DNA of 64,000 nt from Octopus bimaculoides (taxonomy: Eukaryota), in assembly GCF_001194135.2 (NCBI RefSeq), contig NC_068983.1, forward strand, positions 108,321,762-108,385,761. Reading direction: 5' to 3'. A program made the position numbers and the translations under genes. Each line of letters starts with the position of its first letter. Position 1 is the first letter of the stretch. The notes under the pieces are model-generated. The model was not told where the DNA came from. It saw only the letters and a list, made by a program, of their open reading frames with translations, and ran no database searches. Positions 13,926-26,990 of this stretch are shown here, one piece after another.

Positions 13926-14902
13926 AATAATAATAATGATAATAATGATTAAAAAACTGTGTTAAACAAGAATAACTTTCACAAAATAAACCTATATTTC
14001 AAAGTAGAAATGATGTTTGAGAAAATAAAAAAATCAATTCTAGATAATTCAATTACTTATGGCAAACCAAAATAATTAAACAAGGTGAGTGTTATGCATT
14101 ACCCATTAAAAGATAATGAATGAGAAACAAAAACAACAAAAAAGTGTGTACATCAAAAATCAAATCTGAATTCTAGTTCAACTACAAGAAATAAATTTTT
14201 AATGAAGTATTGTGAATCTAGTTTGTTCCACTTTTATCAGTCATTATCTGAAGCAGTTTGGCATATTATAACATCGACATTGTAAGGTTCAGAGTAAAAA
14301 AAGATAACTTTAATACCATCAATTTTTACAGAATTATTATGGTTTTAAACCTTTAGTAGCATGGCTGGATTGCTGGCAAGTTTCTGAAATAATGCCATAA
14401 TAATATATTTTCCATTTTGATCCCAACTGAACTTTACCACACCAAGGTACCTTTCCATATCTTTTAATGTCAAAAGCTATATAATATCATATCTTATTAT
14501 AACTTATGCTAAGTGTAATCAAATCATACTATAACTTAAAATATAATGTAATATTTTCATAAGCTCCAACTTAATACAATACATGTATGTGCTATTATGT
14601 GTCCATTAAACACTATCTTATTTATAGAACAAATCATGCTATATACTGTACATGAGTATCTGAGGGTACTTTATCAGAGGGTACTAAGTTTTATTTGAAA
14701 GTTGCAGTATAATGTTCCTATTACTACACCACTCTCATTGGCCAAGCTATACATATATCCTTCATAGTTTGCTTCATAAATATATTACACTCGACGATAT
14801 ACTCTATTACTGGCAACTATTTTACCATCATTACTACTCCACTAGACTATGTAAATAACATGGTGATATCTTGTCAAAGACTCTTCTTTGATATACTTTA
14901 CT

Positions 14903-15380
14903 GGATCTATTTTAAAATGGGGGCATCAGTAGAGACTGCTGGGCGGTCATAAAAATGTTATTCCCTGTGACATATTTCATCCGGTTTAATCGTAATTTAT
15001 ACGCATATATTGTTTATATAATAAATTACGCTGTGCGTATCTGTGTGTGTAACAATTTTAGAGTTCGGATTCTAGAGTTAGGGTTAGTTTTAGGGTTTGG
15101 GTTAGGCTTACGGTTACGGTTAACAGTCTAGTTAGGGTTAGGGGATTAATACGATATACACCGTTACAGCGCTAACTGTTTTCAACTGAATAGACGTCAG
15201 TGATTAGTAGAAATTATCGAAATAAGACAATTTTTTACATGAAATAAATTCGAATACAAAAATTTTTTTCTGTTCTATAACACAAAATAGATAAGTATAT
15301 GAAGTTTGAAAGTCTTTCGGTACCAAAAACACTACATAAAACATAAATGAAAACTGGTGCCCCCGTTTTAAAATAGATCC
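14903..15380. mobile_element. MITE with 28-bp TIRs and an internal TTAGGG-like array (possibly Merlin-type)
   Basis: Left GGATCTATTTTAAAATGGGGGCATCAGT (14903-14930) versus right ACTGGTGCCCCCGTTTTAAAATAGATCC (15353-15380): 26/28 inverted match. Flanks ACTTTACT and ACTTTTCT form a 7/8 candidate 8-bp TSD. Confidence 0.85.
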
Positions 15381-15482
15381 ACTTTTCTTACTATAACTAG
15401 ATGTTGTATCATAGCTTGCTACAGAATATCAAATAGAAGAGAAATGACTGAGTGAATTAGGTATTATATTAATAATTCATAT

Positions 15483-15700
15483 AAGGTGGTGAGCTGGCAG
15501 ATTTGTTAGTACACTAGGTAAAATGTTTAGTGACATATTATTTGTCTTTATGTTCTGAGTTCAAATTCCACCGAGGTTGACTTTGTCTTTCATCATTTTG
15601 GGGTCAATAAGATAAGTATTGGTTGAGCACTGGAGTCGATGTAATTGACTTACCCACTCCTTCAAACTTGCTGGCCATATGCTTAAATTTGAAACTAATA
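15483..15700 (+). mobile_element. tRNA-derived SINE, family B
   Basis: aaggtggtgagctggcag head, B box gagttcaaattcc, core gaggttgactttgtctttcatcattttggggtcaataagataagta. Confidence 0.85.
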
Positions 15701-15787
15701 TTACTAACTTATATGGCACAAATTAAAATTTGCTGCAGGCATTATGTTATGTTTGCAAGCAGTTCATTTTCATTTACATTGTTTTAG

Positions 15788-15825
15788 ATCAGTTAACTGA
15801 AAAGGAGAAGTCCCAGATGATTTCG
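15788..15825 (+). CDS. Candidate 38-nt internal exon
   Basis: ttcatttacattgttttag|ATCAG...ATTTCG|gtatgt; only one frame is open (phase 1 to 0): xQLTEKEKSQMIS. Confidence 0.3.
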
Positions 15826-16673
15826 GTATGTCACTTCAAATAAGTTATACAGCATCTCACCTTGGGACGATTTATCTCTCATTTGTTTATTATATAACAG
15901 TGTGATATTGTCATTTAAAAGTCCACTAGGGTTTAGAAAATTTTACATTTCTTTTTACATGGAGTTTACATAGTTTCCTATTTACTTTGCACAAAATATT
16001 TAAAAGAAGAGGATAAATTGGGACTGTAATGTTCAAGCATTTTACAAATGGTGAAAGACTTGTAAAATTCTTTCAGTTGCATCTGAGGTAAATCTATTCA
16101 ACTAGGAATTATACCCCAGTTAAAAATTATTAACTTGGAACTTAACACAACTTAAAAGTTTTTGCCTCATGACTTTTAGTGCACTAGAAATATTAATGTA
16201 CCTCTTGAACTACATCGAAATAATCAAAAGTTGTAAGTCACTAATATTCCTATGTTTATTCCCCTTAAATATTATTTTCTTTTCTTTTTTCTTTTTAATA
16301 TTACTTAAAATGACTGGGAAATACATTTCATCTTATAATAGCATCCTAAGATTCTATTAACAAAATAAACATGATATTAAAATTAAAAGAAAAAAAAAAT
16401 TTGTTTTTGTTCCTATAGTTGTATTTATAACAGAGATTTTAATACCCTATTTTATATTTTCTTCTGTAGAGACTGTTTTAACATTTGATATAATACTTAC
16501 TGGTACATATTAAGAAGTAAACATAACTTAGAAGTTCTCATGAAAGAGACTGCAAATCAAATTAGTTCCTATATTTCTATGTTCAAACAAGCTGATTATC
16601 TTTTATATCAGACTGGTTAATTTCTTTTTTACTCAAGGACATGTGAAAATACAAATATATATATATATATATT

Positions 16674-16787
16674 GCCAAATCAGACTGGAGCCTGGTGTTG
16701 CCATCCGGTTTCACCAGTCCTCAGTCAAATCGTCCAACCCATGCTAGCATGGAAAGCGGACGTTAAATGATGATGATGATGATGATA
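16674..16787 (+). mobile_element. RTE LINE extreme 3' tail inserted in (TA)n
   Basis: gccaaatcagactggagcctgg...gtcaaatcgtccaacccatgctagcatggaaagcggacgttaaa(tga)n; very similar to 53587-53700; (TA)n on both sides. Confidence 0.9.
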
Positions 16788-17005
16788 TATATATATATAT
16801 ATATATAAATGACACACAAGGACAGAAAGTGTCACTGAAGAGGTTATAGATATGTGACAAAAGATTTCTGGACAATGGACATGAGTTAAAATACAAACAG
16901 TAATAAACGAGTGAAGAATGAATATATAGTGCATGTGTTTATTTGGCAAAAAAAAACAAAAAAACAACAAAAAAACAAAGAAAAATGACCATACCAAAAT
17001 ACAAC

Positions 17006-17036
<31 letters not shown>

Positions 17037-18237
17037 AAAAAGATATGATTACTTTATGTCTTAAAAAGACTAGTTTTCTTATTTAGAACATTTATAATTT
17101 TATCATGAATGATGAATGTTTGCTAATAATTAGCTTGTATTTCAATTTATCTTGCAAACGTTTTACAATCCTTATTGCTTTAAAGACAGATTTGTGGAAG
17201 CAAAATTCTGCAGTTTACTTGAAGCATTGTTATTGAAGTACAAGCAAAGAGTTTGGAAGGAAGCCACCATGATACTGAGGGAAAAATAAAAGTAAAAGTG
17301 TTCAATATATTAGAATTTCCATTGCATGGTTTGGGATTATTAAGGTCAAAATACCGAATAGATATTTTTCTTTTCGGTTGGCATTGTCATGGCTTCTTCC
17401 ATTCTTCTTTACAAAGTTGGAAACTTTCTCAAAATCTGTGTGCCTAAATTAATTCCTAGTTTCTTCCTAAATTGTGCAGACTTAGACAATAAATTCTGTC
17501 AGGGATTTATCATGAAATATAGAAGAAAACAAAAGAAATCACCTGAGTCTTTGAGTTATTGTTGAATTTCACATACTTCTATCTTCTGTGAAACAAACTC
17601 AATTATCAACCGACACCACTTAAATAATTTCTGCACAAATAATTGTATCTCAACATGACCAGATCCCAATGATTAGAGCTAGTAAAAGAATAATTACTTT
17701 TACTATATTAAACACTAAGGAAACAGTAACAATTTCAATAGTTCATGAAATGGGGTAGGGGCTTCAAAAATAAAGAACTAAGCTTGTTTACTTCATCACT
17801 TAAATTGGAAATCTCTTCATAACTAATCAATTTTCACATATGTATATCTGCTCTTTTGAAGTATACTTTCATAACTTTCTCTTAAGTCCTGTCTCTTAGT
17901 GTGCAATGGCCCTTTTTTATCTTTAAAAGCCTATGTTCTTATATTGTCAGTATGCATACTTCTAAAGAGAAGCTTCCAATATCAAAAATTCTCCTGATTA
18001 AAAAAAAATTGTATCTTTCTTGATTATCTTTCATGAACACCACATATTCTCACTATTACTGAAGCTATTCTTAAAAGAGAAATCCAGAACCAAGGGAATT
18101 GGTGGTGGTCTGTGTCAACAAAATTTGCAGTGAACTGATTTGCTGAGCAGAGTGAAAAATCTTATATCTAAGAACACCCTTGTTACAGATGCTTGTCTTT
18201 CATTGGTGACAAAAAATAACAGCTACAACAATGATAT

Positions 18238-18445
18238 TGATTTCAAATATTGGCACAAAGCCAGCAATTTGGGGGATTGGTGTAAGTCGATTGCATTGCC
18301 CCGCCAATCCTCAGCTGGTACTTATTTTATCAACTCTGAAAGGATGAAATGCAAAAGTGACTTCAGCAGAATTTGAACTCAGAAAGTAATGACAAATGAA
18401 ATGCTGCTAAGCATTTCGCTTGGCTAATGATTCAGCCTGCTCATT
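18238..18445 (-). mobile_element. tRNA-derived SINE, family B
   Basis: Reverse complement of the family B core (ggtacttattttatcaactctgaaaggatgaaatgcaaaagtgacttcagcagaatttgaactcag). Confidence 0.8.
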
Positions 18446-18741
18446 GACTTACAACTACAGCTATAATATTGGCTTCTATATTATTTCACAGTCTAAAACA
18501 TTGAGCTCTCTTACTTCTCTTGTCAAATCAACGTCTTTTAACAAAGTTTTCATCCTCAAAATTGTTAAGGAATTTTCAGAAATATCTATTTATGAAGACA
18601 AAAGCCTTTTGTTACCATATCTATGTTGAAATGTACCAATTTTGTTTCAATTAATTTTAAAAATAATGAAAAACTTACACAAATAACTGTCATAAATTGG
18701 TGTCTAGAACATAAATTAACCTAAAATTTTGATTACGTTAA

Positions 18742-18961
18742 CCCTTTAGCATTTAAACTAACCATAGCCAGCCCAAATATTCTATCTGTTTTATACTCAA
18801 ACTGGCCAGTTCTGGCCTCTCACACCTACCCTACAATTACAATCTTAAACTGAACAATTACATCACCAAAATCTTAAAGTTACAAGATAGTGCATGGTTA
18901 ATTCAAAACAATGTGAATAAATAAGAATTGAATTTTGTAGCATAATTTAAATGCCAAAGGG
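18742..18961. mobile_element. piggyBac-like MITE
   Basis: TTAA|CCCTTTAGCATTTAAA ... TTTAAATGCCAAAGGG|TTAA: TTAA TSD, CCC/GGG termini, 16-bp TIR with 1 mismatch. Confidence 0.85.
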
Positions 18962-19617
18962 TTAAAACCAGAGGTTTGTATAATGGAACTAAGGGCAGTT
19001 TCAGGCAGGTTGGTATCAAAAGGGTTAGTTGTAATGTACCATAGGTGTCTCTATTTTCGATAATTTTCTAATTTCAAAGTGTTGTGCTCACTGGTGAATG
19101 ACAAATGTGTATGTATGCTGTAGTTTGCCTGACAGTCATGATTTAGTCCAACTTCACAGTTGAATGGTTATCAATTAAAAGTGCATCAAGCTTTAGAAAT
19201 ATATGAAAACACATAAAAAGGAGAAAAATTATCTACATTATAAGAGATTTTTTATGTTAAAACAATCTTAATGGAAGCAGAATATTTATACATTTTACTT
19301 GACACAGTTAATTTTATCTTTTACATAATACAAGTACAATTTATCCATTTGAGTTACATTTATATGTAATAAATTTTATTACTTCACATGTACATTGGAA
19401 AAAAAATATTTAACATGTATGAGCTTATAACAGATGTAGTTGCATAAATATAAAGTATGCTCTAGAATCTTCTCACATATGCCACCAAAGCCAGTAAGTT
19501 GAATAATTGTTTTCCGATATGTATGAAATGTTGCCAAACTGAAACTGAAGTTTGTAATAAACCTCCTTATTGAAAATGATGAAATTTTCTAACATAAGAA
19601 AAGAAAAATTCTCTCTC

Positions 19618-19626
19618 ACTCACTCA

Positions 19627-19698
<72 letters not shown>

Positions 19699-19725
19699 TA
19701 CACACACACACACGTACATACATAT
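19618..19725. repeat. (CA)n microsatellite
   Basis: Directly visible. Confidence 0.95.
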
Positions 19726-20066
19726 ATATTTATGCTACCAGAATTGATATAGTAACTTCAATTAATTGTGTAATTATTACGTAGTTTACAATGTTTTCAT
19801 GTGGGTCACAGAAACAGCTGTAAAATAGATCAAATGAAATTTTTGGAATATCATTGAGAGTGTTTGTTTTCTATTCTTCCAAATATTCTTCACTGAAAAT
19901 TTGTTTTAGCTAATTTCAAATTTTATACAAATCATACTTGCTACCACTATTGAATTAAAGTAAATATGTATTGGAATTTAACGTCCTGTTAAATATTTGG
20001 GTTCCTGAATTCTGTGGATATATTTTCCAGTGCATAAGAACTTATTCTATGTATGTATGTATGTAT

Positions 20067-20227
20067 GGTCGGGTTGTCGGCGACCCCACCAAGCTTACTT
20101 GGTGAGGAGGGTGAGGTTGGACACCTTGCAGGATGAAAAATAAAACCCATCAAAGGAACTCATGAGCAGTCAATGGCCATCCAATAAAAATATGTGTAAA
20201 TATGTATATATCCCTTTTTGTTTTTTT

Positions 20228-20278
<51 letters not shown>

Positions 20279-23122
20279 TTTTTTACTTTTATATATATAT
20301 TATTTATATTTACAAACTGCATATCTTTTACTTTTTTATATTTATATATTATTTATATTTAATTCTTATTTATATTTGCATATCACATATCGTACTTTTT
20401 TTATGTATGAATGAGCTACTCCACATCGGTCACCAGAGTGATATTTGACCAATTTATAGAGTGTTTGAGTGTTGGTTTGGTGTCTGGAATGGGATAGCTT
20501 ATCTCATGGGCAGGTAGAAGCTCTTTAATCTTGGCTGGTAATCTACCTAGGAGAAGGAAATCTCTAAAATAAAATTTGACGCCTTGGAAGTTCCTGGTTT
20601 TGTTAATTTTCATGTCACACCAGCAAAAGTCTTCTTGGGTCAATAGGTAGAGGTAGTGCAGTGTAAGATACACCCTCTGAAAATTATTCATTTGCACATG
20701 TGCTTCCTGTACACCAAATCTTAGTAAAATCATTGAATTGGTTGGTTGGCAGAAACCTAAAATTGCACTTGTAACTTACTCTAAAATGTCAGATTCAGTA
20801 AATGGCAAAAAAAGCTTGGGAATGTCAGAGGAACAGGTCTGGCTCTGCAGGTGCCCCAGTGTATCACAAACTGGGCCCGGTCATCATCCTGCTACAGTGA
20901 TCAATCAATCTTCAAGAAAAAGTAAAAATAAACAACCTTTGAATTTTGGCTGTTAGAATGTGTGCACACTTCTTGATGATTATTTTAACAAGAGGCCAGA
21001 AAGGTGTACTGCACTTATTGCATATGAGCTTAAGAAATGTTCCCTTGATGTAGTTGTGCTCTCTGAAACTCGTCTCTCTGGTGAGGGTCAAGTAAATGAA
21101 CCTACTTATGGATATACTATCTTTTGGAAAGGCCTACCTAAGGGTCAGCATAGAGAATCTGGTGTTGGTTTTGCTCTTAAGAATTCATTAGTATCCTCCA
21201 TTGCAGAGCTTCCAAGTTGTATATCTGAGTGAACCATGTCATGTTGTATTAAACTGACAAAAGGTAGGTTTCTCACTGTTGTCAGTATTCATGTACCAGC
21301 AATGTCCCATTCTGATGAAACTGTAGCACAATTACTGAGGAAAATACCAATTTCTGACAAGCTGGTCATATTGGGAGATTTCAATGCAAGAGTTAGAAAG
21401 GACTACGTTTCATGGCCTGTTTTATGTCGACATGGGATTGGAAAATGTAATAAAAATGGAATAGCTCTTCTGACGTTTTGTACTGAGAATAATCTGGTTG
21501 TTGCCAACACTTTGTTTAAGCAGAAAAAATAAATATAAAACCATCTGGATAGATCTAAGCACAGGCATCACATAGAATATATTTTGATCAGAAAATGTGA
21601 TATGGAAGACGTTTCTAGCGCTCAGGCCATGAGAGGAGCAGAGGGCTGGACTGGGCATCATCTAGTGCATGGAAAGATTAATTTTTCAATAATGCCTAAA
21701 AGTCAACAGTCTGGTCATAAGGTACCCAAAAAGTTAAATGTTCAGGCTTGACCCAAACAATCTATGGGAAGATTTCAAAACAAAAGCATTTCAGGCTGCA
21801 AGTTCACCAGTGGGATTTAAATCACATAAGTCCAGTGACTGGTTCTCAGATAGATCAGCAGAAATTCTTGATCTACTTTTAGAAAAACAAAACTTAGGCA
21901 ATACACTTCTTTCTCAGCCCTTAAACCCCAACTCAAATGAAGCTTACAGAAAGCTAATAGGGAAAGTGCAGACTGCTCTTAGGAAAATTAAACAGGAATT
22001 GTGGAGTGATAGAGCAAAAGGGGCACAAGAAGCAGCTGATAGAAATGACACCAAGGGTTTGTACTCTTATGTTAAGGAAGTATATGGCCCCAAATCTTCT
22101 TCAATAGCTCCAATGAGAACAGCAAATGAACGTTTGCTTCTGACTGATACCGCTTCTATTCATAAACGCTGGGTAGAACATTTTTCTGCACTTTTGAATA
22201 GATCATCATCTGCTGACATGAGGACAATATAAAAAAAATCATACACCTTCCAGTTATAGAAGAGATGGTATTTGAACCAACTCTAAATGACATTTATTTA
22301 GCTGTAAAGAAGCTGAATAACAATAAGTCTCCAGTGCCTGATGGAATCTGTACAGAAGTTTTGAGGTGGTCAAACTCTGCATAAGGAGTAGACAACCACC
22401 ATGCATGCATGCATGCATGTATGTATGTATGTATGTATGTCCTGGGTATGACTTCAAACTGCATTTGGTAATGAAGCTCTGGTTTGGGAGTTCCAGAATT
22501 TTGATGACTGTGGAACTAGCATAGCCACTATTGATCCCAGGTTTACTCTGTGTTGTAGAAACTGTCAGGGTCCCAGCTATGGGTTAAGTAGCCTTTGTGA
22601 AGATGATCTATCTGAGAGCGTGGATACAGAAATATCCTTGGATTGTGTCAAGGTATGCAGAAAAACCATCAGGAGCGATGGACCCCTAAATGTTGTCACA
22701 GCATTTTTCCAGGAGAGGAACACCCTGATGTAAAACATGCAGTTTCATGTGATAACTAGTCATCTAGATTCAGCCTATCACTAGGTACTAATCACAGAAA
22801 CTCAGAGAGTAGTACTTGTATTGTACAAGCATTTATCTCTATAATCAAATGATGTGTGAATATCTCTTTAGGGTGAGCTCAGTTATCATTACATCCACTG
22901 AAAGTCCTATGTTGATGGAAGAGTGAGGTGTGTGCAGATCTAACCGGCTGGAAGTGTGGAGTAGGTTACAACTTCTATCTTTTGCATATGCTTCAAACCA
23001 TGCAGATCTGCAATGGGACTGAATAGTCATCTGAGAGGTCATGGATGAAAAGTTAGAAATGCTATTGACAATAAGGAAGTACAAGGAGACGGCAATAATC
23101 TGTGAAGATAGAACAATCACCA
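20067..23122 (+). mobile_element. BovB-like RTE LINE: 5' UTR, AP endonuclease, linker and C-terminal C2H2 finger present, RT domain missing
   Basis: ORF pieces 20960-21532 show LDVVVLSETRL..G..FWKG...ESGVGFAL and LVILGDFNARV; 21738-22232 is linker; NKSPVPDGI at ~22320 marks the RT start, then the match stops at (ATGC)n(ATGT)n ~22400-22440. 22980-23048 encodes FCICFKPCRSAMGLNSHLRGHG*. (ATGT)n lies at both ends. Confidence 0.85.
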
Positions 23123-23124
23123 AT

Positions 23125-23254
23125 ATGTATGTATGTATGTACGCACATACGTGTGTGTGTACATGCACATGTGTGTGTGTGTGCATGTGCGTATGTATGT
23201 GTCTGCATTATTTATATGTACATATGTATGTGTATGTATGTGTATGTGTGTTTA

Positions 23255-23301
<47 letters not shown>
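23125..23301. repeat. Compound (ATGT)/(TG)/(TA) microsatellite
   Basis: Directly visible. Confidence 0.95.
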
Positions 23302-23303
<2 letters not shown>

Positions 23304-25977
23304 TTTGATCAACAAAGTGAAAACAGTACAAGGATAAGCAATGAATTTAACGAATTTAATGGTGAATTTAATTTCTATTCTCCAAAGGTTCTAAGGCATC
23401 CACTTCTTAATCTCTAGTTTTAATATTCTAATACTGCTTTTGTTCTAATTACAAATTCAGAAGCCATTATTTGAAGCTGGTAAAGAAAGTTGAGCCAAAA
23501 TACTGAATAGCATATAAACTGACAGCAAGACGTTAATTCATTCCTCAGAGGACTGAAAGCAATAGGGAGTTATTTAAAGACAGATTGTGGAATGTTAGCA
23601 TAAGTCAAAATTACATAGAGAAGACATCTAATAAGTTGGAAGTCCTAACTTCTCTATCTCTACTTCTTTATTATTACATCTGACTATGAGAACAATGAAT
23701 CATATTCACCACAATCACTACTATCACTATTATGACAACCAGCAACACCACACCCTCAACTGCAATCACTGATGAAGCTTCCATGTAGTCACTTGATCTG
23801 CTAGAAATAATAGCCAATTCTCTCTCAAGTCTCAATATGATAGGAGACAATATGTTTTTTTTAATCATTTAGAACGGAAGGGTAGTGTCCATGAGCTGAA
23901 GCTAGTGGTATGAAGAAGGTATCCTTGAACTAGAAACCAGGCCTGAGTGCTTCTAACAGAGTGGGTTCCATTAAAGGTACTCAAGTATCAGATGGTGGTT
24001 TTGAACCTAGCAACAGCTACAGCTTAAATCTACCTTCCAGTTAGACCATAGCAGGATATGAACCTGAGATGCAAAGACCCAGAACAAATATCACAAAATA
24101 CTTCACATGATGCTCTAACATTTCTGCCAATCCACTACCCTGGATTGGTAATTCATTTATCAACCAAGTAAGGATAAATGACAGAATTGATGTTGATGAT
24201 ATCTGAAACCAGAATGCAATGTACCAGAATAAATATCACAAGGTATTTTATTTGATGAACTAATGACTCATCCAATTTATCATTAGTATTAAACATACAA
24301 AAGATGTAGAAAAAAAAAAAACGAAATGGGCATGGTTTGAACACCTTTAACCCTTTGTCAGTCCATTTTAATAAGTTTGTCAGCATTTTAATAAGTTTGT
24401 CATAAACATCCATACCTATTTTTAGACTTTCTGAGTAATATAAAGCTTTTCTTTCATAAGTTGCAAGTTACTCAGGTAGTTGAAAAGCAATCTGGAATGT
24501 ATAATATATGTGATGCATGGATACCAGGGAAATATGTTCTGTGTGTCGCATATAATACAAAGGACAATCACAGGGTTAAATCATAGTTCTGTTTGTCACA
24601 GCAGGCTTGGAGCTGTAACATTTCTCATATCCAGTTGTGTCTGTGCATTTAGTTCTTTGTTAGTCTACATAGGCTGATTCTTCACTCATTTGTTGATTAT
24701 CTATTATGTACTTATTCATCTTCTATGCTATACATTTAAGAGTATTCTCTGATATGATGCTAAGACCCTGTAGCCTTTACATCTTATGACAACTAATTAT
24801 TTCATGACGTTGATATTTTGCATTTTCAAAATCTGAAATTTTCCAGCATTTAAAATAATTTGATGAAATAATAAAAACACTTTTACAACAATTTATTTCT
24901 GGAAAATTCAACCCCACTTATATTCTCTGTATCACAAAATTTTATAGGTTTACAAGAATAAGAGCTCATCTAAAATTCTTTAGAAAGACCTTTTGTTAGT
25001 GAAGGCAATTATCCTATGTCTACTTTGAAAATATTTGACTTAAATAAAACAGAGATCACTGGATTTACAACACTATATAATATTCTGACATCTCCTTGCT
25101 TGAAACTATTCAGATGGGAAACACTGGTGAGAGAATCACTTGAATATATTCATCTTTATGATGATTTACAAATTTAAGCTATAAATTTATATGAAGATTG
25201 TCACCAAATATGGTGGTAATGGCTTGGACAACAGAGCTGAGTATAGAGAACTGGGAACTAAAAATGAAGACAGGTAGAGAAAAAATGTTAAAAAACATGA
25301 GAATGAATTGAAAAGGAGTTAGTTGATTGGTCAGTTAGTTGCTAGTATAGCCTATAACAAAGAATTAAGATACAAAATAAATTACCACTTAATGATGCTT
25401 TTCTTACATTGAAGCACGGACACAATAGTTAACTTCACTCCAACAAACAAAATTATAAAATAATAAGAAAATTGTAAACAAAAAACAAAAATGCATATAT
25501 GCTACTGGCGTTATTGTTGCTGTTTCTGAGATGAAAATAAGAAATAATTTGTATTTTCAAAATGCCCTCCTATTTGTATATTTTCTGAGATAGTACACAT
25601 AAATATGATGAGATCAATTAACAGCCTATTTAACATAAATGAAAGTTTTAGATGTTTATCTAAATAGTTAAATTCAGTGTGGTTAACTCTAAGCAAAAAT
25701 GTATCAATTAGTTAGGGCTAGTAGTTAGAAGATATAAACTATAAGATCTTTGCTCCATTTCAGTTATTCATACCCTAAAATATATATTGTAATCTTACGG
25801 CTCTACATTTCAGAGTGTGACAGCTATTGATGTGGATAACTGAAACAGCATAATGATGGTGATGGTGATTTCAGCAGTAGTGAGTACATTGATGATGTAC
25901 TCAAATGCAAAATACAGGTGTAAGAGAATTATATAAATGTATGCAGAGATAAATATATTGCAGAGATNNNNNNNNNN

Positions 25978-26015
<38 letters not shown>

Positions 26016-26787
26016 CCACTGGTTTAATTTGGAGTATTTACTATTAACAAGATGCGATATATTTTCAATAGATATGAGAAATAAAATTCATTTCATAATG
26101 GACAGCATAATTAATGAATTACTCATGCCTGGAATCAATTCTTTAGTTGTCCTACTACATCATTGAAAAGATCTATGTAGAACTCCATTTCATATTAAAG
26201 TGCATATCATATCATATAAAAATTTGAACCATTAATAACTAACTCATTGTTGATTGAAAATTATCTGAAAGCTGGATTTTCTTGGATTTTTTTAAAAATT
26301 AAATTCTTGAATTTTATTTGCGCATGTTTTGAAATGTCAGTGATTGAATGAAGAAGGAACCAATAGAAAATTGGCTATCAAAACTGTTTTTGTGATGTGA
26401 TGTATGAAAAAGAATGTAAGAATATATATTAATTGGATAAGAATTATTCAATAAAATAGGTAGTCTATAAGACTTTTCAATAAAATAAAACTTCCAGCTT
26501 TACTACATTAATTAACACTGGTTTTTAACTATAAATATTGATTTTTTTCCCCCCAATAGTAACTAAATCAAAATTTGTATCAGAGCTGATTAAAGTAGTT
26601 TCAGTATATTACTGGTACTAACCCTTGCTATTCATCAGTGCATATTTGGAACAGTTCTAAAAGAAATAAGTCAACCCTGGTAAGGTTTTAATCAAGGACT
26701 GCCCAAAAGAACAGAATTAAAAACTACAAGCATTCATTTTTTATATTCTACTATTCCAGTCAGCTCATTGTTCATATAAAAATTAAT

Positions 26788-26990
26788 ATTGATTTCCAGC
26801 ACTGGTACAAGGTCAGAAGTTTTATGGAGAGGATATAATCAATTCAATCAAACCATAATTCTCTACTGGTACTTTGTTTTGTCAATCTTAGAAGGATGAA
26901 AGGCAAAGCCTACCTTAAAGGATCTTGACTTAGAATGAAATGAGCTAAACTAAATACCACAAGGCATGTTGTCTAATGCTCCAATGATTA
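26788..26990 (-). mobile_element. tRNA-derived SINE, family B (old)
   Basis: Reverse complement of the family B core (ctggtactttgttttgtcaatcttagaaggatgaaaggcaaagcctacc). Confidence 0.7.

Noticed and set aside
14040-14095. Perfect donor AAG|GTGAGT at ~14088 (also TAG|GTAAGC at ~6885)
   Set aside because: No plausible acceptor or coding-like sequence upstream; isolated consensus donors are expected by chance.
25848-25919. EF-hand-like peptide LKQHNDGDGDFSSSEYIDDVLK
   Set aside because: The first ligand is H rather than D, the pattern arises from GAT/GGT microrepeats, and all three frames from the nearest acceptor (25814) hit stops.
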